Below, in pieces: positions 38,600 through 47,229 of a DNA stretch of 55,302 nt. Source of the stretch: Gemmatimonadaceae bacterium (lineage in GTDB: Bacteria > Gemmatimonadota > Gemmatimonadetes > Gemmatimonadales > Gemmatimonadaceae); the NCBI GenBank assembly GCA_051306215.1, contig JBPPMU010000216.1, positions 1 through 55,302 on the forward strand, in the 5' to 3' direction. How positions within the stretch are numbered: position 1 is the stretch's first letter; each line of letters begins with the position of its first letter. Below the pieces are notes generated by a model, which made no database searches, was not told the origin of the DNA, and worked only from the letters and a program-made list of their open reading frames with translations. The translations under genes were made by a program, and so were the position numbers.

Positions 38600-39717
38600 T
38601 CCTCGTCGGCCTCATGTCGGGAACATCGCTCGACGGAATCACTGCTGCGGTCGTTCGGTTCGGCGAAAGCGATGGCAGGGTTTCATCCGAGCTTCTTGCG
38701 CTGACCGGGCGTGACTATACGCCAACCGAGCGCGAGCGGCTTGCGCATGCCCTCACTGGCGCGTCTCCAGCCGAATATTGCCGCCTCAACTTCGAGCTCG
38801 GAGAATGGCTGGCCGAGGCCGCGATAATGGCGATCGCTGAGGCCGGCGTTTCGCGCAGCGATATCGCCGCGATCGCCTCGCACGGACAGTCGATCTGGCA
38901 TGAACCGGGACACTCGACGTGGCAGACCGGAGAGTCTGCAGTGATCGCCGAGCGAACGCGCATCGACGTGATAAGTGATTTCCGCGTGCGTGACATGGCG
39001 GCCGGAGGGCAGGGGGCGCCGCTCGTCCCGATTGCTGACGCAATGCTCTTCTCGGATCCGGCAAAATGGCGGGCACTCCAGAACCTAGGAGGCATCGGAA
39101 ACGTTTCGATCGTTCCTCCCGGCGGCGACCTCAGGGGAGTGAGGGCATTCGACACCGGACCGGGTTGTGGAGTGATTGACAAGGTGGTGAGGACGCTTCG
39201 TCCGGACCTCCCGTTCGATCGCGACGGCGAGCTCGCATCGCGAGGTCAAGCCGTTACGACGGTCGTCGATCGACTGCTCGGCCACGAGTTCTTTCGCGCG
39301 GAGCCTCCCAAGTCCACCGGGCCCGAGCTGTTCAGCCAGAAGTACACTGACGACCTCATCGGTCTTTGCCGAGCCGGGTCACCCGGGTGCAGCGACGAGG
39401 ACATCATCGCGACTGCGGTGGAACTCACGGCTCGCAGCATCGCCGACTCGTACGAGCGCTTCATCGCCGAACCTGTCACCGAGGTCTTTCTATCGGGCGG
39501 TGGCGCCAGGAATCCTGCGCTCGTGCGGGCCATCACCGATGCGCTGGCTCCCCGCGAGGTGCTCGACTTCGACACGACGTACTTCGACGGTGACGCAAAA
39601 GAGGCAGTGGCCTTCGCATTGCTTGGGTATCTGCATCTCAGGGGAGAGGCAGGCAACGTTCCGCTGGCGACTGGCGCGGCGGGGCCGCGAATCCTGGGGA
39701 AGCGCACACCCGCGTAA
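38596..39717 (+). CDS. anmK: Anhydro-N-acetylmuramic acid kinase
   Basis: GLMSGTSLDG, HGQS, DMAAGGQGAPLVP, FDTGPG, KEAVAFA. Confidence 0.97.
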   Translation: MILVGLMSGTSLDGITAAVVRFGESDGRVSSELLALTGRDYTPTERERLAHALTGASPAEYCRLNFELGEWLAEAAIMAIAEAGVSRSDIAAIASHGQSIWHEPGHSTWQTGESAVIAERTRIDVISDFRVRDMAAGGQGAPLVPIADAMLFSDPAKWRALQNLGGIGNVSIVPPGGDLRGVRAFDTGPGCGVIDKVVRTLRPDLPFDRDGELASRGQAVTTVVDRLLGHEFFRAEPPKSTGPELFSQKYTDDLIGLCRAGSPGCSDEDIIATAVELTARSIADSYERFIAEPVTEVFLSGGGARNPALVRAITDALAPREVLDFDTTYFDGDAKEAVAFALLGYLHLRGEAGNVPLATGAAGPRILGKRTPA

Positions 39718-39730
39718 GGCTCCGCATGAG

Positions 39731-41308
39731 CTAAGCACCGCGCCCGGTTTCACTTCCGGTCGCCCGGGCCGAAGAACCGGCGGGCCGCCTCAGGGTCGTG
39801 CCCGCCAGCTTTTCGGGTGGGACGGGACTCCCCAGCAGCGAGAGGAGGTAGCCAACCCCCATCGTGATCAGCAGACCCAAGCCGGTCGACCAGATGAATG
39901 GCACCGGCTCTCGACCCAGCCACGCGTACATCTGCGGAAGGGGGAGATCGTTCTCAGTCATCATCAACACCACGAGCGTACCGACGATCGCCCCGACGAA
40001 CGCCCCGTCGCCATTCGCTCGCCGAGTCAACATCCCCAGCAGGAAGAGGCCGAGAAGTCCGCCGGCGAAGTATCCCATAAAGGTCAGGATGAGGTCGATC
40101 AGCGGGGCTTCCGTTCGTGACGAGTAGATTCCCACGCCAATACCTATCACGCCCGCGGTCACCACCACGAATTTGGCGAAGGTGAGGTGCCCGGCATCGG
40201 AAACGTCCGGTTTGAAGCGCTTGACGAAATCCACCGTTACCGCGGCAGCCATTGAGTTCAACGCGGAATCGAGGCTCGACATCGCCGCGGCGAATACCGC
40301 CGCCACCAGCAAGCCAGTGAGCACCGGCGGCACCTCGGTGTTGACGAAGTGGGGCATTATCTGGTCAGACGTCAATTCCGCAGGCAGCAGGTTGGGAAAG
40401 TGCTGGTAGAAGATGAAGAGGAAGACGCCGAGCAGGAGCGACAGCGTGACGCCGATCACGCCGGCGCCGACGCCGAGCAGAAGGGCGCGCTGGGCCTCTC
40501 TCGGATTCTTCACTGTCATGTACCGCTGAACCGGCTGCTGGTTCGTGCCGAAGAGGGAGAGCGCCAGCAGGCCGTAGCCGAAGACGGCTGTCAGCAACCC
40601 GGTCCTCGCGATTGGCTCATCGAGATGGATGATGTCCAGCTTCCCGAACTGACTGCCCTCCGCAAAAGCGGTCGCCACGCCGCCAGGCGTCGCTAAGACG
40701 ACGATCGCCATTGCGGCGAGGATCCCGATGCTCATGATCGAGAACTGGATCACGTCGGTCCAGATGACCGCCGAGATGCCGCCCATGACCGTGTAGATGA
40801 TGGCCACCAGGCCGAAGATCACCACCGCCTCCTCGACGCTGTTGAGGCCTGGCAGCAAGTCGGTTGGCGACACTGCCGAAAAGAGAAGAGCCGCGCCGAA
40901 CAGGAGAGTACCCGCACGGAGGAGCACGGTCAGAATGAAGAGACTGGAGCCGAGTAGACGCGTCTTGAGGTCGAAGCGCGCCTCGAGATATTCGTACGCG
41001 GTCGTCAGCCCCCGTACTCGATGGAAGAAGGGGATGAAGAGAACGATGACGATGAGAGCGGCGAAGATGTCGCCGAGCTGGTACTGGAGGTACCACATGT
41101 CATCGGCGTATGCGAAACCGGGAACGCCGAGGATCGAGGCGGCGGAGAAGGAGGTAGCGATGATGGAGAGTCCCGCCGCCCACCACTTGATGTTACGGTT
41201 GCCGACGAAGTACGCTTCGGTATCCGTCTGCCGGCGATTGGCCCAGGCGCCGATCGCCACCATTGTGGCGATGTAGATCGCGATAACGACCCAGTCCGCA
41301 AGGTGCAT
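39731..41308 (-). CDS. Sodium:solute symporter (SSS) family transporter
   Basis: YFVGNR, AYEYLEARF, GGISAVIWTDVIQ, VQRY, AAAMSSLDS. Confidence 0.93.
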   Translation of the reverse strand: MHLADWVVIAIYIATMVAIGAWANRRQTDTEAYFVGNRNIKWWAAGLSIIATSFSAASILGVPGFAYADDMWYLQYQLGDIFAALIVIVLFIPFFHRVRGLTTAYEYLEARFDLKTRLLGSSLFILTVLLRAGTLLFGAALLFSAVSPTDLLPGLNSVEEAVVIFGLVAIIYTVMGGISAVIWTDVIQFSIMSIGILAAMAIVVLATPGGVATAFAEGSQFGKLDIIHLDEPIARTGLLTAVFGYGLLALSLFGTNQQPVQRYMTVKNPREAQRALLLGVGAGVIGVTLSLLLGVFLFIFYQHFPNLLPAELTSDQIMPHFVNTEVPPVLTGLLVAAVFAAAMSSLDSALNSMAAAVTVDFVKRFKPDVSDAGHLTFAKFVVVTAGVIGIGVGIYSSRTEAPLIDLILTFMGYFAGGLLGLFLLGMLTRRANGDGAFVGAIVGTLVVLMMTENDLPLPQMYAWLGREPVPFIWSTGLGLLITMGVGYLLSLLGSPVPPEKLAGTTLRRPAGSSARATGSETGRGA

Positions 41309-41396
41309 CTGTCTCCGCCTTCCTCTATCGTAGGCTCGCCGACACTCGTGGAATCAGCAGCGGTTGAGCAAGTTGCGAACCAGAGGCGGCTCGCTC

Positions 41397-42254
41397 TCAG
41401 CCGGGCGACGGCATCCGGTAGCGCCCGGTCACGACGGTGACGTTGTCGGGGGCGCCGGTTTCGATTGCCCGCTCGACAAGCGCCAGGCAGAGGTTCTCGA
41501 GGTCGTCGTGTTTCGCGACGGCGGCCGCCATCTCGGCGGCCGACATCTGGTTCGAGAGCCCGTCGCTGCAGAGAACCACCACGTCGTCGTTCAGCAGGCG
41601 GTCTCGCGTAAACTCTGGAACGATGTTGGCTTCCGGCCCGAGCGCCTGGAGTATGATGTTGCGATGCTCGCTCCGCTCGGCCTGTTCTGGTGAAAGCTTG
41701 CCCGCGTCGACCATACGCTGCACGAGCGACTGGTCCTTCGTCATCTGGCGGGCGACCCCGCCACGAACGATATAGGCACGGCTGTCGCCGACCTGGGCGA
41801 AATAAATCATGCCGCCGACGACGAGGCCGAGTGTCGCAGTGGTGCCCATTCCGTGGTGCGACTTGTTTGCGCGTGATTCGGCGTGGATCGCCTGGTTCGC
41901 AGCGATCACCGCCTGCTGCAGTGAGTCAGCGATTATTACGGCGCCCTTCAGCGCGCCGCGCTCCCACCGCTGGCGCAGGTGATCGAATGATACCTGCGTC
42001 GCGAGCGAGCTTGCGATCTCCCCGGAGGCGGCGCCGCCTACTCCATCGGCTACCATCATGAGGGAGGGGACTGCCTCGGCCCTGACGATTCCCGAATCGT
42101 TCTCGGTGAAGACGTCGCCGGTCGCCAGATTGCCGATGAGGAACGAATCCTCGTTGTGCTCCCGGATCAATCCGACGTCGCTGCGGCCTGCTATCTCTAT
42201 TGTGCCTTCCGGCAGGGCCGGAAATTCAGATGTGAACGGCTCTGTACGGGTCAC
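41397..42254 (-). CDS. PP2C/PPM-family Ser/Thr phosphatase
   Basis: DVGLIREHNED, VADGVGG, MGTT, VGDSRAY, CSDGL, DNVT; start uncertain (GTG 42254 or 42320). Confidence 0.93.
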   Translation of the reverse strand: MTRTEPFTSEFPALPEGTIEIAGRSDVGLIREHNEDSFLIGNLATGDVFTENDSGIVRAEAVPSLMMVADGVGGAASGEIASSLATQVSFDHLRQRWERGALKGAVIIADSLQQAVIAANQAIHAESRANKSHHGMGTTATLGLVVGGMIYFAQVGDSRAYIVRGGVARQMTKDQSLVQRMVDAGKLSPEQAERSEHRNIILQALGPEANIVPEFTRDRLLNDDVVVLCSDGLSNQMSAAEMAAAVAKHDDLENLCLALVERAIETGAPDNVTVVTGRYRMPSPG

Positions 42255-42435
42255 TAGGCGGTATGCGCGCCGCAGGCGCGGGCGCTTGAAAAGGAAATAG
42301 ATGTAAGGGAGTGGTGCCACGGCATTCGCGGGAATATAGGCCAGACGGCACCTCTTCGCCGGATAAAGCGACCTGCCGGCTCATCTCTGGTACCGAGCGT
42401 GCAAGGGGTTCTATGCGGGACGACCACACACGACG

Positions 42436-44058
42436 ATGACAACAACAAAACACATTCGCTTCGTAATCACAGCCGCCGTGGGGATTTCCATCGGCGCCTG
42501 TTCATCACCCTCGGGGACGGCCGCACCTCCAGATCCGGTTCCGGCGCCTGCTCCTGTGCCGCCACCGGCTCCTGTCGTGCTTCGAGCTCCACTCCCGCCG
42601 GCCAATCCGGCACTGCCCGAGGTCCCGCTCGTCACCGGACCGCTCGCGATAAACATCATCTACCCCTCCGCGGGGGGGACAATCGCGTCACGCGACTCGA
42701 ACTTCGTGTTCGGCAGCGTTGGAAACGGTGAAGCGGGCCTGACGATTAACGGCATCCTTACGCCCGTGTGGCCGAACGGCTCTTTCATGGCCTGGCTGCC
42801 AAATCCGCCCGACTCATCGCCCTGGTACGAAATCGTCGCGACAACAGGGCTCGACACGGCGCGGCTAACGCATCCGGTAAAGCTGCTGCCGCCGCCGCCG
42901 GCTGTTCCACCTCCGGCGGACACAGTTGCTCTAATCTCACCGGCAAGGTGGGCGGCGCTGATCGGCCCAGCGGCATATGCGAGCGACACAGACCGTGTGG
43001 TGACCGGCTACGCCCTCACCGGAGGCATCCAGCGCTGGTTCCTTCTTCCGGAGACGCGGGTTCGCGTAATTGGCACGCGCCGAGCCGATGCGCATGTGAG
43101 ACTCGACTCGGCGCAGACGATCCGGATCGCGCAGGCTGACATGAGGACGCTCGATTCAACGGCTGCGCGACGCCCTTTGCGCGCTTCGGCCATGCGGGTC
43201 GTGAATGCCGCGGAGTGGACGGACGTCGTCATTCCGGTCAACGGTCCGCCCGCGTATCACGTCGAGCAGGGACCTTCATCGCTCACGCTCACCCTTTACG
43301 GAACAACCAGCACGCGAAGGCAGCAGACACTGCGCGGGGCCGCGCGAAGCTACCTCCAGTCGGTTTCCGCATCGCGCAGCACGCCGCAGATGAAGTACAC
43401 GCTGACCCTCCGCGGTCCGGTCTACGGTTATCAGCCGCTATGGGAAGACGGCAAATTCACCCTCCGCGTGCGCAGACCGCCGGCGGTTGACTCGCTCTCA
43501 CCGCTCAGCGGCTTGACCATCGCCATCGACGCCGGCCATCCCCCCGGGGGCGCTACGGGACCGACCGGATTCAAGGAGGCAGACGCGACGCTCCCGATTG
43601 CTCTTAGGGCGCAGGAGCTTCTACAGGCGAAGGGCGTGAAGGTGGTGATGACGCGGGTATTGCCGGAGGCAGTCGACCTCAATCTTCGACCGACGATCGG
43701 ACGTCGCGAGGATGCTCACGCGTTCGTTTCGATTCACCTCAACGCCGTGCCCGATGGCGTCAACCCGTTTCGCGCGCAGGGCACCGCGACTTACCATTAT
43801 CACCCGCACTCCGCGCAGCTTGCCGAAACCATCCAGGCTGCGTCAGTCCAGCATCTCTCGCTGCCTGACAACGGAGTAAAGAGGGAAAACTTCGCCGTGG
43901 TGAGGGGAACATGGATGCCGTCGGTCTTGATGGAAGGAGCGTTCATGATAATGCCCGATCAGGAGGCAGCCTTGCGCACGCCGGAGTATCAGGAGCGTTA
44001 CGCGCAGGCGGTGGTGGACGGACTGGAAGCATACTTCAGGACGCTGCCCGCCCGCTGA
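42436..44058 (+). CDS. Lipoprotein N-acetylmuramoyl-L-alanine amidase (Amidase_3)
   Basis: Lipobox SIGAC, Pro-rich linkers; IDAGH, KE, SIHLN, LMEG zinc and catalytic motifs. Confidence 0.92.
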   Translation: MTTTKHIRFVITAAVGISIGACSSPSGTAAPPDPVPAPAPVPPPAPVVLRAPLPPANPALPEVPLVTGPLAINIIYPSAGGTIASRDSNFVFGSVGNGEAGLTINGILTPVWPNGSFMAWLPNPPDSSPWYEIVATTGLDTARLTHPVKLLPPPPAVPPPADTVALISPARWAALIGPAAYASDTDRVVTGYALTGGIQRWFLLPETRVRVIGTRRADAHVRLDSAQTIRIAQADMRTLDSTAARRPLRASAMRVVNAAEWTDVVIPVNGPPAYHVEQGPSSLTLTLYGTTSTRRQQTLRGAARSYLQSVSASRSTPQMKYTLTLRGPVYGYQPLWEDGKFTLRVRRPPAVDSLSPLSGLTIAIDAGHPPGGATGPTGFKEADATLPIALRAQELLQAKGVKVVMTRVLPEAVDLNLRPTIGRREDAHAFVSIHLNAVPDGVNPFRAQGTATYHYHPHSAQLAETIQAASVQHLSLPDNGVKRENFAVVRGTWMPSVLMEGAFMIMPDQEAALRTPEYQERYAQAVVDGLEAYFRTLPAR

Positions 44059-46982
44059 AGTTTATCGCGCGAGTCGCCGCAACCATCGCGGTGCTCGCCC
44101 TCCCGGCGGGAGCAGGGGCACAGCTGCCGCCGGGTGAGAGATGGCTCACGATCGAAACACCGAACTTCCGGGTTCATTTTACTCGCGAGCTGGAAGCAGA
44201 GGGACGCCGCGGAGCGATCAACGCCGAGCGGGCGTGGGCCGAGCTGAGCACGGAGCTGAAGGCGCCTCGTGGCAAGGTCGACCTGGTCATCGCCGACAAT
44301 GTCGACTACGTGAACGGATACGCGACCCCGTTTCCATCGAACCGCATCGTGATCTTCGCTCATCCTCCAGTCGCCTCGCCCGGATTTCGCAACTACGATG
44401 ACTGGAGCCGTCTCGTCATAACGCACGAGCTCGCTCACATATTTCACCTTGACCGCGCCGATGGGTTGTGGCGTGCTGGACGGCGGCTCTTCGGACGGCA
44501 CCCGGCGCTTTTCCCCAACGGGTACCAGCCCTCATGGCTGATAGAAGGGCTCGCGGTCTACTACGAGTCTCGCATCACTGGCGCCGGCCGTCTCGAGGGC
44601 TCGGACCATTACATGATCGCCCGCGCGGCGGCCGAAGTGTCGAGAGTGCCGCGAATCGGCGAGCTGTCACGGGAGACGAGCAGATTTCCCGGCGGCGAAG
44701 TTGTCTACGCATACGGCGGACAGATATTCGACTACCTCGCTCGCACCCGCGGCCCGGAAAAAATTCCGGAGTTCATAGACATCACGAGCCGCGTTCTTTT
44801 TCCGCTTTCTCTCAACCGGAAAGCGAAGCGCGCCTTCGGCATAAGCTTCGAGAACGCATGGCGTGACTGGCGCGATTCGCTCGTTCGCGAAGCCGGGGCA
44901 CCCCGCGACCCGCTTCCGCAATGGCGCGAGCTTTCACGGGACGGCAGATACGCCGCATTCCCCAGATGGCTCGGCGATACTGCCATCCTCTACACGGGAG
45001 CCAACGGAAAGGAGGTGACGTCGGCATTCGCAGTGACGCTCGGCGGAGATGTAACGCGGCTCGGAAGGCGAAACGGATTGGACGCCAATGTCCCGATGGC
45101 CGATGGATCGATACTCTTCGCGCAGCCTGATTTCACCGACCCGTTTCATCTCCGGAACGACCTTTACATCGAGAAGGGTGGCCGGCAGCAGCGCCTCACT
45201 CACGGTGCCCGCCTGTCGCATCCGGATGCCGCGAGTGACGGTCGCATAGTCGCAGTCCAGTCGTTGCCAGGCGCCACGCGACTCGTGCGCGTCGATCCCA
45301 AAAGCGGATCAGTCGAGCCAATAACGTCGGGTTCGGCAGAGGTTCAGTGGGCCGAGCCACGGTGGTCTCCCGACGGCACTGCGATTGCCGCCGTGCGTGT
45401 AATTCGCGGCGGCATTTCCGAGATCCTGATTCTCGATCAGGCGGGGAAGGTGCGCGGTATTGCCGTGTCCGGGCGCGCAATAGTGTCGTCGCCGGCCTGG
45501 TCGAGCGACGGTTCGCGGATCTACTACTCGTCGAACAACGGCGGGAGCACGCAGCTGTACGTCACGGCGCTCACGGATCCGGTAACGGCGGCACGCGGCT
45601 CTCTGCTCTCCGCCGCGAGCACGGGGGCATTCAATCCGGAGCCTTCTCCCGGCGGAGAATCTCTCGCCGCACTCAGCTTCAGGTTTGACGGATATCACGT
45701 CGGTTACGCGCCGATTCCTCGACCGGCTGTTGCTCCGGCGGCGCGTACTGCGCGGGATGGCTGTCGCGACTGCATTCTGGCCAGTCCGGTAAATGCGCCA
45801 ACAGGTCGCGATGATCTCCGGCCGGCGCGACCTTACTCCGCCGCCCGGTCACTGCTTCCGCGCTACTGGGAGCCGATAGTCGGCAGCTCGTCCTCGACTG
45901 GCGCGCTGGTGGGCGCCGCAACGAGCGGCTCCGACGTAATCGGCAGGCATGCATATGCGGCGCAGCTGATCTTCGACACGCGCCATCGTGAGACAGAGGC
46001 AGGCGCCGTTTACAGATACGCGGGGTTCGGTCAGCCATTTCTCAATTTCTCGGTGAGCCAGGAGTGGGAGCATTTCGGGATCTTCGATTCAGGTGGAGAG
46101 GAGGTTGGAGATCTGGTGAGGCGTGCGCGAACTGCCGGGATCAGCGCGAGCCTCGTTCGGCCGCGGGTGCGAACATCGGGCTCCCTCTCCTTTGGCGCGG
46201 ATCTGGAGTCGCGAGTGTACGCGACTGACCCTGACACGCTGCTGCAGCTGCTTTCCGGGGTGTTCGGCAGGACGCGGCGGTATCCGTCGATTTTCGCCTC
46301 CGCGAGCTGGGCGAATACGAAGCGGCCCGGCCTCAGCATTTCGCGGGAGGACGGAGTCTCGCTCTCGATGAGTGCGCGCCAGCGCTGGGAGTCGGGTGAT
46401 TTTGCCAGCGGGAGCAGCAGCGTGGTAGGCGTGGCGGCAGCCTACCAGTCCCTCGACCTCCCCGGCTTTGCCCATCACGTGATCGCCGTCCGCGGAGCGG
46501 CCGGTTACGCCGACCGTCGCGCTATCTCGACATTCTCGGCAGGTGGGCTGAGCGGCGGGTCACTTGGCGTAATTGCCGGAGTTAATGCGGGTGCCGGCCA
46601 GAGGACCTTCGGGGTGCGGGGTTTTCCTCCATCCGCGGAACAGGGAATTCGCGCACTCGCCGGGACAGTCGAGTACCGTGTTCCACTCGCTGCCCCGTCA
46701 GCGCGCATCAGGTTCATCCCGCTGCTGTTCGACCGCATCTCGGCTGCCGCATTTGCGGATGCGGGCCGGGCGTGGTGTCCGGGAGGCGCCACTGGAATCT
46801 GCGAGACAGACCGCGGCGGCCCATGGCTGGCGTCAGCCGGCGCGGAGCTGAATCTCGATACTGCGATCCAGTACGATTTTCCGGCCAGATTCCGCGCCGG
46901 AGTGGCTGTTCCATTCGAGGGTCGGGCTGCGGTGGGCGCGAATTCGGCGAGTGTTTATCTTACAATAGGCTCTGCCTTCTAG
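44055..46982 (+). CDS. Outer-membrane protein: gluzincin peptidase + TolB-like beta-propeller + Omp85-like barrel
   Basis: THELAH...WLIEGLAVY; PD40-like PRWSPDG and PAWSSDG; VRGF, FADAG, C-terminal YLTIGSAF; signal peptide begins at CTG 44055. Confidence 0.8.
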   Translation: MKFIARVAATIAVLALPAGAGAQLPPGERWLTIETPNFRVHFTRELEAEGRRGAINAERAWAELSTELKAPRGKVDLVIADNVDYVNGYATPFPSNRIVIFAHPPVASPGFRNYDDWSRLVITHELAHIFHLDRADGLWRAGRRLFGRHPALFPNGYQPSWLIEGLAVYYESRITGAGRLEGSDHYMIARAAAEVSRVPRIGELSRETSRFPGGEVVYAYGGQIFDYLARTRGPEKIPEFIDITSRVLFPLSLNRKAKRAFGISFENAWRDWRDSLVREAGAPRDPLPQWRELSRDGRYAAFPRWLGDTAILYTGANGKEVTSAFAVTLGGDVTRLGRRNGLDANVPMADGSILFAQPDFTDPFHLRNDLYIEKGGRQQRLTHGARLSHPDAASDGRIVAVQSLPGATRLVRVDPKSGSVEPITSGSAEVQWAEPRWSPDGTAIAAVRVIRGGISEILILDQAGKVRGIAVSGRAIVSSPAWSSDGSRIYYSSNNGGSTQLYVTALTDPVTAARGSLLSAASTGAFNPEPSPGGESLAALSFRFDGYHVGYAPIPRPAVAPAARTARDGCRDCILASPVNAPTGRDDLRPARPYSAARSLLPRYWEPIVGSSSSTGALVGAATSGSDVIGRHAYAAQLIFDTRHRETEAGAVYRYAGFGQPFLNFSVSQEWEHFGIFDSGGEEVGDLVRRARTAGISASLVRPRVRTSGSLSFGADLESRVYATDPDTLLQLLSGVFGRTRRYPSIFASASWANTKRPGLSISREDGVSLSMSARQRWESGDFASGSSSVVGVAAAYQSLDLPGFAHHVIAVRGAAGYADRRAISTFSAGGLSGGSLGVIAGVNAGAGQRTFGVRGFPPSAEQGIRALAGTVEYRVPLAAPSARIRFIPLLFDRISAAAFADAGRAWCPGGATGICETDRGGPWLASAGAELNLDTAIQYDFPARFRAGVAVPFEGRAAVGANSASVYLTIGSAF

Positions 46983-47229
46983 GCCTTTCCGGCACGTGAA
47001 TCCAGGCAAGGTCCGGATTCCTCTGGTGGAAATTTCCCCTTGACAGCTCCTTCTGTGATGTGGATAGCGTAACACTCTGTCGCATCAGCACTTACAACGA
47101 GACTGGCGCGGACTCACGAACCCGGTTAATCTGCGCACCCCGACTCGTTTTCCCGATTCGGCAAGAAGCCTGAATATTCGTTCAGTTTTTTCTGTTGACA
47201 TCCAATTTTCAAAGCGGAGAGTTGTCGTA

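Noticed and set aside
46983-47229. Cobalamin riboswitch upstream of nrdJ
   Set aside because: No recognisable B12-box or core riboswitch motifs by eye
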